Assembly: GCA_030264375.1 (NCBI GenBank)
Contig: JASCQW010000072.1
Coordinates: 23,217,008 to 23,281,007 of the forward strand
From: Carcharhinus longimanus
Taxonomy: Eukaryota
Direction of reading: 5' to 3'
DNA: 64,000 nucleotides
Positions within the stretch are counted from its first letter, which is position 1; each line of letters opens with the position of its first letter. A program made the position numbers and the translations under genes. The notes below the pieces were generated by a model, which ran no database searches, had not been told where the DNA came from, and was given only the letters and a program-made list of their open reading frames with translations. Positions 1 through 13,779 of this stretch are shown piece by piece.

Positions 1-1110
1 GCACCAGTTGCCCCTGAGAAGGTGCTGGTGAACCACCTTCTTGAACTGCTGCAGTCCATGTGCTGTAGGGACATCCACTGTGCTGTTAGGGAGGAAGTTC
101 CAGGAATTTCAGTCAGCAATAGTGAGGGAAGGACAATACATTTCCAATTCAGGATGCTGAGTGGCTTGGAGGGGAATTTGCAAGTGATGTTGCTCCCATT
201 TATCTGCTGCTCTTGTCCTTCAAGATGATAGTGGTCATGGGTTTGGAAGGTGCGGTCTATGGAAGCTTGGTGAGCTCCTGCAGTGTATCTTGTAGATGTA
301 CACACTTCAGCTATTGTGCGTCAATGATGCAAATGAATATTTGTGGAAGGGGTAGTGATAAAGTGGGTTGCTTTTCCTGGATGGTGTCAAGCTTCTTTAG
401 TGTTGTTGGAACTGCACTAATCTTGGAAAAGGGAGAGTATTCCATCACACTACTGATATCTGCCTTGTAGATCTTTGACAGGCTTTGGAAAGTCAGGAGT
501 TCAGTTACTCATGCAAGATTCCTAGCCTCGGATCTGCTCTTGCAGCCACAGTATTGATAAGGCTAGTGCAGTTGCCTTTCTAGGCAGTGGAAAGCCCTAG
601 AATGAGAGTGGGGGATTCAGTGATGACAATGCCATTAAATGTTAGGGGCAATGGCTAGATTCTGTCTTGTTGGAGATGGTCAATGCCTGGCACTTGTGTG
701 GTGCAAATGTTACTTGCCATTTGTCAGCCCAAGCCTGGATATTGTCCAGGTCTTTCTGCATTTGGACATGGACTGCTTTCCTTTGTGAGAAATCTCGAAT
801 GGTACTGAACATTGTACTATCTTCAGCAAACATCTCCACTTCTGACCTTATGATGGTAGGAAGGTCATTGATAAAGCAACTGAAGATGCTTGGGCCTAAG
901 ACACTACCCTGTGGAACTCCTGCAGTAATGTTCTGGAGTTGAGATGATTGACCTCCAACTATCATAGTCATTTTCTTTTGTGCCAGGTATGACCCCAACC
1001 AAACCAGGGCTTTCCCCCTGATATCGATTGACTCTAGGGCTCCTTGATGCCGTACTCAGTTAAATGTTGCCTTGATGTCAAGGACAGTCACTCTTAACTC
1101 ACCTCTGGCA
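1..1110 (-). mobile_element. Degraded CR1-clade LINE, reverse transcriptase C-terminal part and 3' region
   Basis: ORF 642..998(-) reads AGVPQGSVLGPSIFSCFINDLP...MFAEDS...DLDNIQAWADKWQVTFAPHKCQ, with the RT PQG motif and a degenerate FADD. Confidence 0.9.
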
Positions 1111-2859
1111 TTCAGATTATTTTCAAAACTGCTTTGGACTTAAATCCACCAGCTTCTGACTCAGAAAGGGAAAGCTAACTACTAAAATAGATTTATATAA
1201 ACTTCACTCATCAGATTACCTGCTATGTTTGTTTGCATGTCTTTTTAAATTTGAGAATAAAATCCAATACCAAATAAATATAACATGTAAATTGCAATTA
1301 AGAGTACTGTTGCAAATTAGTTGTACACTAGATTGATACATTCTGTGATATATAGTATACACATTTATAATATAAGATCTTTACAACTTTGTCTACATAA
1401 AGCAGAGTGATACTAATCAAATCACAGAGAAGACTGGATATTGCATAAGGTTAACACATGGCCCTTCCATTCCCTTGAATCTACATTTGAAACTAATTCA
1501 GCTAAAAAAGGTGAGAAACTGCAAGATTCTCATGACATGGATTTGGATGGATCCAATTCATTTTCCAGTGGGTGGGAATTTACTGTGGAAAGCACATTAT
1601 AATTCTGCTGCTACACTGGAAATTCACTCCAAAACTCCCTGATGATAGATGGCACGGGAAGTGGAAAATGTTCAGTATTGGATTTCATACTCCATTTATA
1701 GTGAAAGTTTGCTACTGATTACTTTGCGGTACTCAGAACAAATTGTCAATTTAAATCTGGTAAAAAGTCCTCAAACTGAAATATCAACTTTGCTTCTCTT
1801 TCTACAATTTCTGTCAAACCTGGTGAATGTTTCCAGTGCTTCTGTTTTTATGCCAATTGACACAGGAGCAGAAGTAGGCCAATCGAGTCTGCTCTATCAT
1901 TCAATTTTGCTCTTGTTTCAAATTAATTGTCCTAGCGAATTGAAAGTTGAAGGCACCAAGTATCATTGAAGCTGATAGTTTCCAGATATAGCTCCAGCAA
2001 CTGTGGTGGTTGTGTGAACAGTGGTACAGAGAGCATCTTTGAGAACATATTCATGGACCTTTGCTGTTTGCCAATGTCTTGAATCCATTCAGTTTAAGAC
2101 AAACTTTATACTACAGATTAGGTTAAAAACTAATTTGAAAGGAGAATTCCAATTTATGGCCACCCATTTTTTTGCCCATAAAATGGGTATTCATACTCTA
2201 AAGGTTGCAACTCAAAATTCGTAGGTTTCCCAGTTTATACCTGGCAAATTGAAGTCATTCATAACAACTGCATCTTTTGTTGTGCACTCTCACTATTTGT
2301 ACATTATTGCAATGCAAAGTGCTCTGTCCACTTGCTCCTAGAATTTTTACAGCCCAACAGGAGACCATTTGGCCCATTGAATTGATGCTGTTTCATTTGA
2401 GTCCCACACTTTTGCCTATTTATTCGTTCATTCTTGTTTTCAAGTATTTATTCCCTTCCGTTTTAAAATTTATTTTGACTGCTGCCTCAACTATGGTTTC
2501 TGATAGGGATTTCATGTCCTCAAAATCTTCTATTAAAAAAAATTCTGATCTCCCTTTGTTCTTTTGGTGATGACCTTAAATTTTGCATCTTTTTACTGAC
2601 TTACTAATCTATGGAAATATTTTTCCTGACTGACCATTTCATAAACCTTTTTTACCTTCTGACCCATAGCAGATGTCCAATCAGTTTCCATCCCTTCATG
2701 TCTCTCATCCTTATAGAATTTCTAGCTTGTTTGAGAATTATGAAATCCATCTCTTTCCATTTCATTTTTTTGATTGTTATGATCATTTTTACAAAGAAAT
2801 ATAAATCTTTGAGCGCCTGACAGAAGCGCACAAGATTTCTCATTTACTGTAACAATCCA

Positions 2860-3160
2860 ACTAGGGGTCATCATTTGAGGATAAGGAGTAAACCTTTTAG
2901 GACTGAGATGAGGAGAAATTTCTTCATCCAGAGAGTGGTGAATCTGTGGAATTCACTACCACAGAAAGTAGTTGAGGCTAAAACATTGTGTGATTTCGAG
3001 GAGAAATTAGATATAGCTCTTGGGGCTAAAGGGATCAAAGGATATGGGGGAAGGTGGGATCAGGATATTGAATTTGATGATCAGCCATGATCAAAAATGA
3101 GTGGCGGAACAGGCTCGAGGGGCCAAATGGCCTACTCCTGTTTCTATTTTCTATGTTTCT
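2860..3160 (+). mobile_element. 5'-truncated CR1/HER1-type LINE 3' end
   Basis: Peptide RTEMRRNFFIQRVVNLWNSLPQKVVEA. Ends ...ggccaaatggcctactcctg followed by a ttctatgtttct tail. Confidence 0.88.
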
Positions 3161-3944
3161 AAAATCAACATCAACTAGACATTACTTAATAGGCAATTAA
3201 TGCAGTAAATTACAGAGAAGGTACTTTCCCCGTTAACTAACAAACACAACCAAAAACCCCATGCCATGTTTATACTTAAAGCCATGCACTCATCAGATAT
3301 GTAACCTTTTAGATGAAATCCTACACTCCTCCAAGCTGTTTAACAATACTTTCCACTATATCCCAATACAGGTGACAGTAATAAATCAAATCGATAAGGG
3401 GGTGAGTCTCTCAGTATCCTTTGGAAGTCTCTTTCCTTAGTCTCCTATCATTGAACTGACCTCCAGCGGTAAGGCAGCCTATGGGGGTTCCTGGATATTT
3501 AAATCACTGAATATTTTTTCCATCTGCAGAAGATGATTCAAAACCTTTGGAATCTTGTGTGTTAGAAACTCTTCACTTCCACCTGCATCAGCCAGTTATT
3601 GTTGGTGGCAGTTCTTTGAAATCAAGGATGATGTTCATCATCTTGTTGAGTGTTTGGATAACTGAGGAGCCCCATTCTGGATCCACAAGTTCTCCTACAA
3701 TGGGGATGGGTTGTTACGCCAGGGGTAGGGGAGTGGATTTGCTTAGGTTGGCTTCCTTCTTCTTCTCTGCTGCTGTAGTTCTGCCTCACTCTCAATCACA
3801 CCGACCCTCATTTGGACATAGGAAGACTTTCTCTCCCATAGCAGAATTTGACTGAGTTGGCTGGAGCGGGCATGCAGAATGGGGGTGGTGGGGTTGCACT
3901 GGGAGAATCAGGCAGGAGTACCTACATCTGATTCTGATTCCTAC

Positions 3945-4385
3945 ATAGAACATAGAACAGTACAGCACAGTACAGGCCCTTTGGCCCTTGATATTGTGCT
4001 GAGCTATGTCCGAATCCAAGATCAAGCTATCCTCCTCCCCATCATTCTGGTGTGTTCCATGTGCCTATCCAATGACTCCATTATCACAGCAGGCAGTGCA
4101 TTCCACACCCTAACCACTCTCTGAGTAAAGGATCTACCTTGGATATCCCTCCTATATCTCTCACCATGAACCTTATAGTAATGCCCCCTAGTAACAGCTA
4201 CATCCACCTGAGGAAATAGTCTCTGCATGTCCACTCTATCTATCCCCTTCATCATCTTATAAACCTCTATTAAGTCGCCTCACATCCTTCTCTTCTCTAA
4301 AGAGAAAACATATAACATAGAACATAGAACATTACAGCGCAGAACAGGCCATTCGGCCCACGATGTTGCGCCGACCAGTTAAAAA
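3945..4385 (-). mobile_element. Two adjacent CR1-type LINE 3' ends with (catagaa)n tails
   Basis: ORF 4022..4255(-) reads ...TRGHYYKV...SFTQRVVRVWNALPA. Tail repeats at about 3945 and 4315. Confidence 0.85.
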
Positions 4386-4390
4386 ACAAT

Positions 4391-5263
4391 NNNNNNNNNN
4401 NNNNNNNNNNNNNNNNNNNNNNNNNNNNNNNNNNNNNNNNNNNNNNNNNNNNNNNNNNNNNNNNNNNNNNNNNNNNNNNNNNNNNNNNNNNNNNNNNNNN
4501 NNNNNNNNNNNNNNNNNNNNNNNNNNNNNNNNNNNNNNNNNNNNNNNNNNNNNNNNNNNNNNNNNNNNNNNNNNNNNNNNNNNNNNNNNNNNNNNNNNNN
4601 NNNNNNNNNNNNNNNNNNNNNNNNNNNNNNNNNNNNNNNNNNNNNNNNNNNNNNNNNNNNNNNNNNNNNNNNNNNNNNNNNNNNNNNNNNNNNNNNNNNN
4701 NNNNNNNNNNNNNNNNNNNNNNNNNNNNNNNNNNNNNNNNNNNNNNNNNNNNNNNNNNNNNNNNNNNNNNNNNNNNNNNNNNNNNNNNNNNNNNNNNNNN
4801 NNNNNNNNNNNNNNNNNNNNNNNNNNNNNNNNNNNNNNNNNNNNNNNNNNNNNNNNNNNNNNNNNNNNNNNNNNNNNNNNNNNNNNNNNNNNNNNNNNNN
4901 NNNNNNNNNNNNNNNNNNNNNNNNNNNNNNNNNNNNNNNNNNNNNNNNNNNNNNNNNNNNNNNNNNNNNNNNNNNNNNNNNNNNNNNNNNNNNNNNNNNN
5001 NNNNNNNNNNNNNNNNNNNNNNNNNNNNNNNNNNNNNNNNNNNNNNNNNNNNNNNNNNNNNNNNNNNNNNNNNNNNNNNNNNNNNNNNNNNNNNNNNNNN
5101 NNNNNNNNNNNNNNNNNNNNNNNNNNNNNNNNNNNNNNNNNNNNNNNNNNNNNNNNNNNNNNNNNNNNNNNNNNNNNNNNNNNNNNNNNNNNNNNNNNNN
5201 NNNNNNNNNNNNNNNNNNNNNNNNNNNNNNNNNNNNNNNNNNNNNNNNNNNNNNNNNNNNNNN
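4391..5263. other. Assembly gap (about 870 N); many smaller gaps, often about 100 N, occur elsewhere
   Basis: Run of N. Confidence 1.
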
Positions 5264-6659
5264 GGGGAGAGGAATTTCAGGGTTCTTGATGCTATGGTTT
5301 GCTGAACCCTGGCTAGTAAGTGCCTGAGTGCACTTAAATGCCATTGGACCTCCCTCCGAGAAATGATGCAGGACTTCCACTGGGGACCCCCACTGAAGGA
5401 ACTAAATCCTGGCCTATTGTCTTATCATTTGAGTTACCTTTTCATTTGTATATCTTCTTTCTTTGTCAAATCTATTGCCAACTGATTAATATTTTTGTTC
5501 ACTTAAAGTCAAGCAAAGCTGCATAATAAACTTTCAGCATATCAGAAAAAGTAATTGTAAAAAACTTTAGGTTATTGTATTTTCAAATATCAGGGTTTAA
5601 AATAAACCAGTAATGAATTAAATGGATGAAATATAGAGATTATGACCTTCAATTTTGTGTTATGATTTGACTAAAACTCTGAGTCTGGTATTGGGTGTCC
5701 TAGAATAGTTGTGGTTTTTGTGGTAAATTATGTAGTTCATGCCAGTGGAATAATAAAGTATGGGACTTTAGTTCCCAATTGAAAATGTATCAAAATGAGT
5801 GGGTATTATTTCAATTCAGTGTCCTCAGTTTCAACCCTAACATCCAGCAAAAGAGAGCTGGTTCGTTGTTAAATTCACAGGAGATTTTCTTAACAGGAAG
5901 GGCTATCATTTCATCAATGTCAACTAGTGTGTGATCACCACTAAAATATTATGGAAGTCTCTGCCAGTTTTGCTGACAGCAGAAAAATGTTTTTAATCCT
6001 GATATACTTAATCTTCCTCCATTATTCTATCCCTCCAGGAATGTTGGAAATTGGTTACTAGGGGACAAGGAAAACACAGTGAATGCTGGGTTAATGGCAT
6101 CTCTCCTCAACGTTACCATACTTTAGCAGCACAGTACAATATAGCAAGGGGGTTACCAAGAACAAAATTAACAACCACTGGCTTCTAGAGGCTGAGGTTT
6201 GCAATGATTATCACACCACATCCTTTAAGCTGAATTTGCACTTCCAATTTATTTGCTTTTTTAATTCACTGACTATGCCAGTATATAATTCCCATCCATA
6301 ATTGGCCTCAAAAAATGGTGGTGAGACAATTACTTGAACTGCAGACCATGTGGTGTTGGTACACCCACACGGATATGTTTCGTGCACCAGTGTACAGAAT
6401 TGCTACTGGATAACTGCTCTCACATTGCCTATATGTTGCACTGATCTTTCTCTTCAGACATTTTGCCATACAGGGGTAGCTTTTTCCTTAACCAGATTTT
6501 GATCCAGTGTAAGGTCTGAGCCTCATTGGTATCACAATAGTTGGCCGGAAGTGCAGAGTGAGCAATTTGGGGCAACCTTGTTATTCAGATGTGAGAAAGG
6601 TATGTCTAGATGGAAGGCCCTGAATTGGAAGAAGAAGTGGGAAGATNNNNNNNNNNNNN

Positions 6660-7075
6660 NNCCGGAATGGGGACGGTGGGGATGGGGAAGGTGTGGGAGA
6701 TCAACGCGAGCCGTGGGATGTGGGGGGGTCATCGAGGCTGGCTTGGACACATCTGGGCGTCAGCAATTGGACCTTGGTGGGGGGGAGGAGGGGATCCTGT
6801 TGGGGGGATCTGTGCGCCAATGATACGGGATTGCAGGACTAGCCAGCAATTGGGAAGCCAAGACTGACAGATTGGCGCACACGCAGTGGCCCGCTCAGCA
6901 GGAATAGGCCCAGCCAACTGATTTTTAGCGTGATTCACGCTAGTGCATTCCGTGATGCACAGAGTGTCAGAGATTCATTTTGAAAATCAAATCCCGCTGG
7001 AAAAAAACCCAACAGGATTTACTCCAGATTTTGCGCAAATTCGACATTTTGAATTTTTTGGGAGAATTGCCCCCA
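6660..7075 (-). mobile_element. GC-rich non-autonomous DNA-transposon-like repeat end (same family as the end at 23728)
   Basis: Reverse complement begins ggggcaattctcccaaaaaa...gaatttgcgcaaaatctggagtaaatc, resembling 23728 ggggtgattctcccaaaaag...gaattcatgggaaaactggtgtaagtc. Confidence 0.55.
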
Positions 7076-7229
7076 TACTGTCTCATACAGAACAAGAAAA
7101 GTAAATTTATGTCATAAGTTATGGTGAAGATTAAATGTAAACCCAGCTATAATCTTGTGTGCATCAAAGGGGGGAGTTGGGCAGGGGGGGGGGGCAGGAA
7201 TCCTCAAAATTCTGCCAACCAAATAACTT

Positions 7230-7570
7230 ATTTTGCTCTGAAGGGCAGGGCAAAAACTTTAACTTTCCTTGGATTTAGAAGTTTATGTAGGACTTTTCGG
7301 CTGCCAAACTCCATTAGCTGTTCAGAGGTGATGTCAGAAAGCACCTCTTCACACAAAGGTTGGTGGATATCTTGGAAAACCTTTCCCCCAAGAAGCTGTT
7401 GAAGTTTGGTCATTTGAAATTGAGACTGGTACCTAACAAACAGTTTATGGCAATAAGGGATATGGAAACAAAGTAGGTCAATAAAGTTAAGGAACAGATC
7501 AGCCGTGATCTAACCGAATGGAGGAACAGACCTGAAGAGCTGAATAGCTGAATAATCCACTTCTTATTTT
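7230..7570 (+). mobile_element. Old CR1-type LINE 3' fragment
   Basis: ttcacacaaaggttggtggatatcttggaaaac...agatcagccgtgatctaaccgaatggaggaacag resembles the CR1 3' end at 2860-3160. Confidence 0.65.
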
Positions 7571-8556
7571 CTTTTATACTTAATCCTGGATTTGGACCGG
7601 ATCTGTTGCTCCTTTTCTATCACTGGGGAAGAAGAGCGAAGGGCAAGAAAATCAGCCCTCAGAGTAATTTCGAATCAGAAATTGAGTTTCAATACCAGAT
7701 AAGAAAACAAATAAGTTGTTTGACTGGAAATAGAAAATTATCTTTTCATGACCACAAAATAATAATTATCTTTCCTTACCGTTGAAATAGAGATGTACAT
7801 CCACCCAAAAATATAAGCTGTTTGTGAAGATCTTTTACAAAGCCACAAGTTGTGCTGCAGGATATTGGATTCCTCTCGACCAAGTGCTGTCAGGCTCTAT
7901 TATCAACCTCGGCTCACTGCTGTTTGACACCGAGATTCCTCTAGTCAAGCCAAACCTCATCCTCAGCTCTGCCAAACCTCAGATTTGGCTTCTGTAGATC
8001 CACCAAACCCCAGGTTTCTCTTCCACACAAATTCTAGCCCAAAGGATCGACTTGACATGCCAAATCTCAGCAGTCCCACTGTTGTTAAAATCCAGGCTCC
8101 CTACTGAAGTTTGCCAGATCCTTGGACCATTCACCAGTGTCACTAAAGCGCAGGACTAACATCCCGCATTATCAAACCCCAGGACTGGCACCATTGCTAC
8201 CAAAGTATAGGATTAATCCCACATGTAGCCAATTTACTCTACCTAATCCTAATACTAACAAATGCAATACAGACCTATGGTGTAGATTCAGAATTTAAAA
8301 CAGTGTGGGTAATAATGGAATAATCCAATAATGATAGCTGTTGAAGTCACTGTAAGTTAATGGCACTCACATTATACTTCAAATATTCCAATTGCTGTAA
8401 AACAAAATAACCTGTAATTTACCATTAGCAATGTCAGGAAGATCTATTAGTTCATTGCAACAGGCGCTTAGATTTTTTTTAGTTCTATAAAAAGATTCAT
8501 GATTTAAAAAAGAGCATGACTGAATGACGCTTTTTAAAAACAACTTACATCCTCCT

Positions 8557-8562
8557 TTTATT
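8557..8562 (-). terminator. Candidate polyadenylation signal AATAAA for CPED1 (3'UTR about 0.8 kb)
   Basis: tttatt on the plus strand about 760 nt past the stop, in AT-rich repeat-free sequence, with a GT/T-rich tract downstream. No transcript evidence. Confidence 0.35.
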
Positions 8563-9322
8563 CCTATTTTCCAAGTACAGTGGCAATTTATACATCCACA
8601 TATGATAAAAAATTGTCTGCCATACTGCCACATACTAAAAGACTATCAGCTTTCATAGAAAAAATAAAAATATATAGAAAAGCAGTATTAAAAGTAGATG
8701 TACAAAAATATCCATTTTGTAAACATAAAACATCTCTGCGTGTAAAAAGTTTTAAGACATTTGAGGATACAGGCAGTATTTTAAACTAGTTGTTTTGCAG
8801 GCCAAAAATAAAGGCAGTATAAATATAAGTGATGTGAGGTATATATAACTCGATATCCCCAGCAATATCTGGGGAATGTGATTTTGAGTGAACAATACAT
8901 ACAAAAATAGAAGTTATTCAGAAATGCAGCATTATATTGATTTGGCAAAAATAGTGCAGAAGGTGATTGAATATTGCACAGAAAGGATTAAGTGGCTTCC
9001 TTAAGGACTTCACGTCTCTTGTGTGCTTAATCTTCTGTAAAAGACTTTGCTTCGGTTACAGCTGTTTATGCAATTCATCCGGCCCAGACAGCGAGTCACA
9101 TCAATTTTCTGGCTTTCCATCTGCCATTCTGAAGCCTCAAATTTACAGCAGCACATATTGATTTCATAAAGGTTTAAAACGTGTCACATGTCTTTGATGG
9201 TAGCATTCGTAGCCAATCAGAGAGAAATGCAATACATGTCGTGCGGTATTCTTGCACTGATCTTCAGGGGAAGCAGCAAATCTTAAAACTGTGAAAAAAA
9301 TACCCACAAAAGTCCATTTTCT

Positions 9323-9550
9323 TCATAGCGGAGGGTTCAATCTGTTCACACAGACTCTGCTGAGGAAGATTTCTGAATAAGCTTGGTTTATTGGACCATT
9401 GACGTGATAGTGTGATTTGAAAACAGATAAAAAGTCATGTACCAAAGACCTCTTGCTATGACTTGAGTTGCCCTTTCCCACAAAGGAGTGGCTTGAATGT
9501 CTTATTTTCTTCCTACGCACTGTTGATTGGGAAAATTCAAATTGATCTAC
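9323..9550 (-). CDS. CPED1: CPED1 last coding exon: VDQFEFSQSTVRRKKIRHSS...YHVNGPINQAYSEIFLSRVCVNRLNPPL*
   Basis: Acceptor cattttttag|. 228 nt, phase 0, ending in TGA at 9323-9325. C-terminal YHVxGPINQxxSEIxLSRxC is the conserved CPED1 end. Confidence 0.93.
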   Translation of the reverse strand, partial: VDQFEFSQSTVRRKKIRHSSHSFVGKGNSSHSKRSLVHDFLSVFKSHYHVNGPINQAYSEIFLSRVCVNRLNPPL

Positions 9551-9896
9551 CTAAAAAATGAAGGGTAAAAAAACCAGATTATTTACATACTCATAAACAG
9601 CGTTTAGTCAAGATGAGATTCAAGTTGTATCTGGTGAGGACATTTTCAATTCTATAGTCCAAGTAATGCACTTTTTTTGTTTAAACCAGTTAAATCTGGA
9701 ACACATTATCCTGGCATCAATGACCCTTCTGCTTGGATTTAAAATATCTAATCAGACTGTGCTAGGTTTGTGGCTTTAACTTTTAACTCTTGCTTCTACC
9801 GCTGTCATTTCCTTCTGGTTAGCCTCTTCACTGAAACTGAATCTAGTATCTGTACCCATGCCATTTTAGCAGTATCTCACTTGGGATCGTAATATA

Positions 9897-10035
9897 CATG
9901 CAAAATACTGCGGATGCTGAAATCTGAAACAAAAACAGAAAATGCTGGAAAATCTCAGCAGGTCTGACAGCATCAGTGGGGAGAGAGTGGAGCCAATGTT
10001 TCAAGTCTACATGACCCTTTGGCACAGCTGAGAGC
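9897..10035 (-). mobile_element. Penelope-like terminal-repeat fragment (related copies at about 32520-32650, 34670-34785, 38450-38585, 48479-48812)
   Basis: Recurrent motif gatgctgtcagacctgctgagattttccagcattttctgtttttgtttcagatt(c)cagcatccgcagtattttgc. The same motif follows the GIY-YIG fragment region near 61600. Confidence 0.65.
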
Positions 10036-11486
10036 ATCTGCTGTTTTTATTTCGCTTGGGATTATATTGCTCATCACTTTGTGGACCGATCTCTATATTA
10101 ATTCATCTTTTTGCTACTTTTTTTTATACGCTTTCTTATTTTAATTTCATATTTCTTCTTTGCCTTACTAATTGTTTTTTGACCTCCTTCCTCAGCTTAT
10201 TTTTCACCTCTTAGCTGCCAGGGACAAAGCAATTATGGCAATGGAGCAAAACTGCACATTTTTGTAATGAAGTTGTCTACTGGCATCTGTGCAGAGGTAC
10301 AGCTGTCAAACGTACAGCCCCACAGAGACCACTCACAGCATCAATGTGATTTATACACGGATGGATGGGTTGCTGGCCTCGGCTAAGCTGGCCAATTTGC
10401 TTGGCCGGGGTGTGCTGCTGCAATGTTACCTCTTCTAGGATGGCATGGAATTTTTTGAACAGGAAAAGACATTCCATGCCGGAATTCGAGCTGAGCTTGG
10501 GTTTGGAGGTGGGAGATGCTCATCCTAACCCCCCACTCCCAATTTCTGGGAAGTGGAAAGCACTACCACAAACTGAAGACCAGGTATGAATGGTTAAACT
10601 ACCTGTCCTGGTCCCTCCACACGGACAGTATAGTTAAGAATGCCCACAAATGTCTCTACTTCTCAGCAGGCAAATGAAATTCAGGATATTGCAAGAAACA
10701 ATACTTTTCACCGTATCCCAGTATATGTGACAATAATAATAAATCAAATCAAATCAAATGTGATGGACAAAGTTCCTTGGAAGTCTGTGATTAGAAATAG
10801 ACTTGTGCTCCAATTAGTCCACTGAATTCTCAATTACTTTTGTTGAGATGCTTGGGGGAGCTAATTGATCTTATTTTTTGGGCATAAAGTTACAAGCATG
10901 TCAGGAGCAATTTAAACCTTTGCAAATGGTGCAGCAATGTAAATGAACTCTAAAAGCAATGATGGGTTCAAGATTTGCATGGTTAAAAAGAAATTTGTAT
11001 TAGCACATCAAATGCATAAGTGTATCGAAATGTGCTAAAATATAAATTTCCTTGATATTTTCAACAAACTAACAATACAATAATGCTGTAAGTGCTTAAG
11101 ACAATGAGGAAGTTTAGGGCCAATCTTTATCAAAATCTCACCGAGTTGCAGGAGTGCATTTCATCCAAAAGCTTTTGGAAGCAATGACAAAACTCAGCTT
11201 AACTGTCGGATAGATGGATTTGAGTGGATTCTGCACCACACATTTATACTTGAACGAATAGCACTATGTAAATATGTACCACCAATGTCATTTATTCATA
11301 TACACATTTGCTAATCTTTACAAATAACAGGAAGAATATTTTTTGTAGTGCTACAATATTTGCAAAACTTAAATGCATCTGAATGAGTTTTACTGAAATG
11401 TATATCTTTGCTCAATAAAGCATTTAGGGAAAATGCACAAAACTAGCTGTAAGTTACAGCCCTGATCAATTTAACAAGATAAATTA

Positions 11487-11711
<225 letters not shown>

Positions 11712-13779
11712 CTATAATAACAAAAATGTCAACATATGAAAATCATATGAGATGTTTTGCATCTCAAGAGTATTAACTAAAATGCTGCCTAGTAAGTGAT
11801 ATAGTAGTCCAACTGCCTGGGATTTTAGTGACCCATTTGGATGCTTTCATTTGTTCTCAGGATGTGGGCAACACAGACAAGACTAATTTTATCATCCATC
11901 TCTGGATGCTCGGTGGAGTTTTTGGAAATGCTGGAGTCTTGGGATTGGCCCCACTGTACAACTTCCTGACTCACAGAATGAAAGTGATTCCAGACTGCTG
12001 AAATTCTGAACAAGTTGTACAAGTTTTGTAGGTTGAGTAGTTTTGTAATTTTCTATCCTGTAGAGAAGTAAGTCTCTTTTCCATGATGATCAGATGCTGG
12101 CACCCAAAATTCAGCACATCCCTTAATTTGTAAAACATTTTCCCAATGTCCTTTGAAAAGACAGCAATAAATCTTAACTCAAGCAATATTATGAAATTCT
12201 AATTCCCAGTGAACCTCAACACCTTTACTAACAATGGAGGTGGGTGAGGGTGGTGGTGGTGGTGGTGGAGGTGGCGGGTGCGGAATTGCCCCATATGTCT
12301 GATTTTGGGTGACAAATAAGAATTGAGAATCAATTTCTGGATATTAGAGATCTCCCCTAGAAATGCCCAAGGTGCCCTCCTACAAAGGTGCCTTGGACAC
12401 TTTGAATAGATTAATCTGAGACACTATGCTCGATTTAATACCCTGTTGGCAAATGTGCATTGAATGCTCCAGAGTTTTCTGTATCTCAAATTCAGTGGAA
12501 TGACATTTTTGTTTGCGTTAATATACAGCAGAGAAATAAGGGTGTTCCTTGTGGTAGTATTATAGCCATGAACAGGCTAGCCTTGCTCCTCCACTTCCCA
12601 TTCATCCCCCAGACCCACCTCCTCCCCAACTTATCAAACCCCAGGACTTAACTACACATCAGACCTAGTCAAGTTTTCCAGGGCCACAATGAGTGAGCTG
12701 TATCTAGATGCTTGATTCACGTCCTCAGCGCAGTGCAGATGAGGACAACCTAGAGTGAACCTTGGGCATATATCTTTAGATGCACGTTCCAAGTGCATCA
12801 TCCACTGATTTTTTTTTGCATTCAAATTTAATGGGCCATCCATATGCATATCAGATTATCAGGAAATAATTATAAGCCTGAAATCCTATTTCATCTATAC
12901 AAGGATGGCATTGTAAGGATAGCATTAAGTTCTGCCTGCCTCCATCAAAACTGGCCACAGGGATACCCCTGGAGTACTGTATTTTCTTGCACTGAATTTC
13001 ATAGCAATTACAACATGGAAACAGGCAGTTTGGTCCTGCCAGTTAATGTTGGTGTTTATTCTCCATTAGTGCAAAAGCTTCGGGTCTCCAGAGATGTAGA
13101 ATGCCAAAAGCAGCAGTACCTCACATTTTGGTTTGTCCTGTTAATACATGATACTCACATGCCTTAATCATGCTAAGTGCCTTGAGGTAAACTGAGAGTT
13201 TTGCTGCACAAAAAGGCAATGTAGTTAATTGGACCGTAAATCAAATCCATTAGAGTTTCCATTTACCAAATCTGCTGCCATATCTCCAATGCAACCTTGA
13301 GACCATCAAAGGTTTGTATCAGGCACTAGTTAAATATTTAATCTCCTGAAATGATACCCTTGGCTTAAATCCGTCATCCTTAAGCTTCACAGAAAGAGTA
13401 TCCAGTAACTTATAAAATGACCAGGTGGCATAGGCAAAGTATATAGTACTTCAAGTGCACTGAGAAAGCACTTAAGGATTTCCTCAAGGTTGTATCCACT
13501 TTCTTTTCTGCGGTGTTGTAATATATTGGCTATCCTGAAGTTGGGGAGTTTGTACATCCCCAGTAAAGCACGATGAACTTCTTTTTGGTTCCACTGTTTC
13601 ATATAAAAAATCATATTTTTGACAATTTTACAGTGAAAATATAAAGCGGAAATTCAAAGCAAACGGCATGTGTTTTGTTTTACAAAAAACTATCCGTTAA
13701 TCATTAATGCTGCTTTAAAAGTGGAAAAAAACTGATGCAGAAAGTCTCCACTGCCATCTGAGTCATTCTGATGAAGTGT

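Noticed and set aside
4363-5380. The longest ORFs in the track (308 and 333 aa)
   Set aside because: Made almost entirely of N-gap codons.
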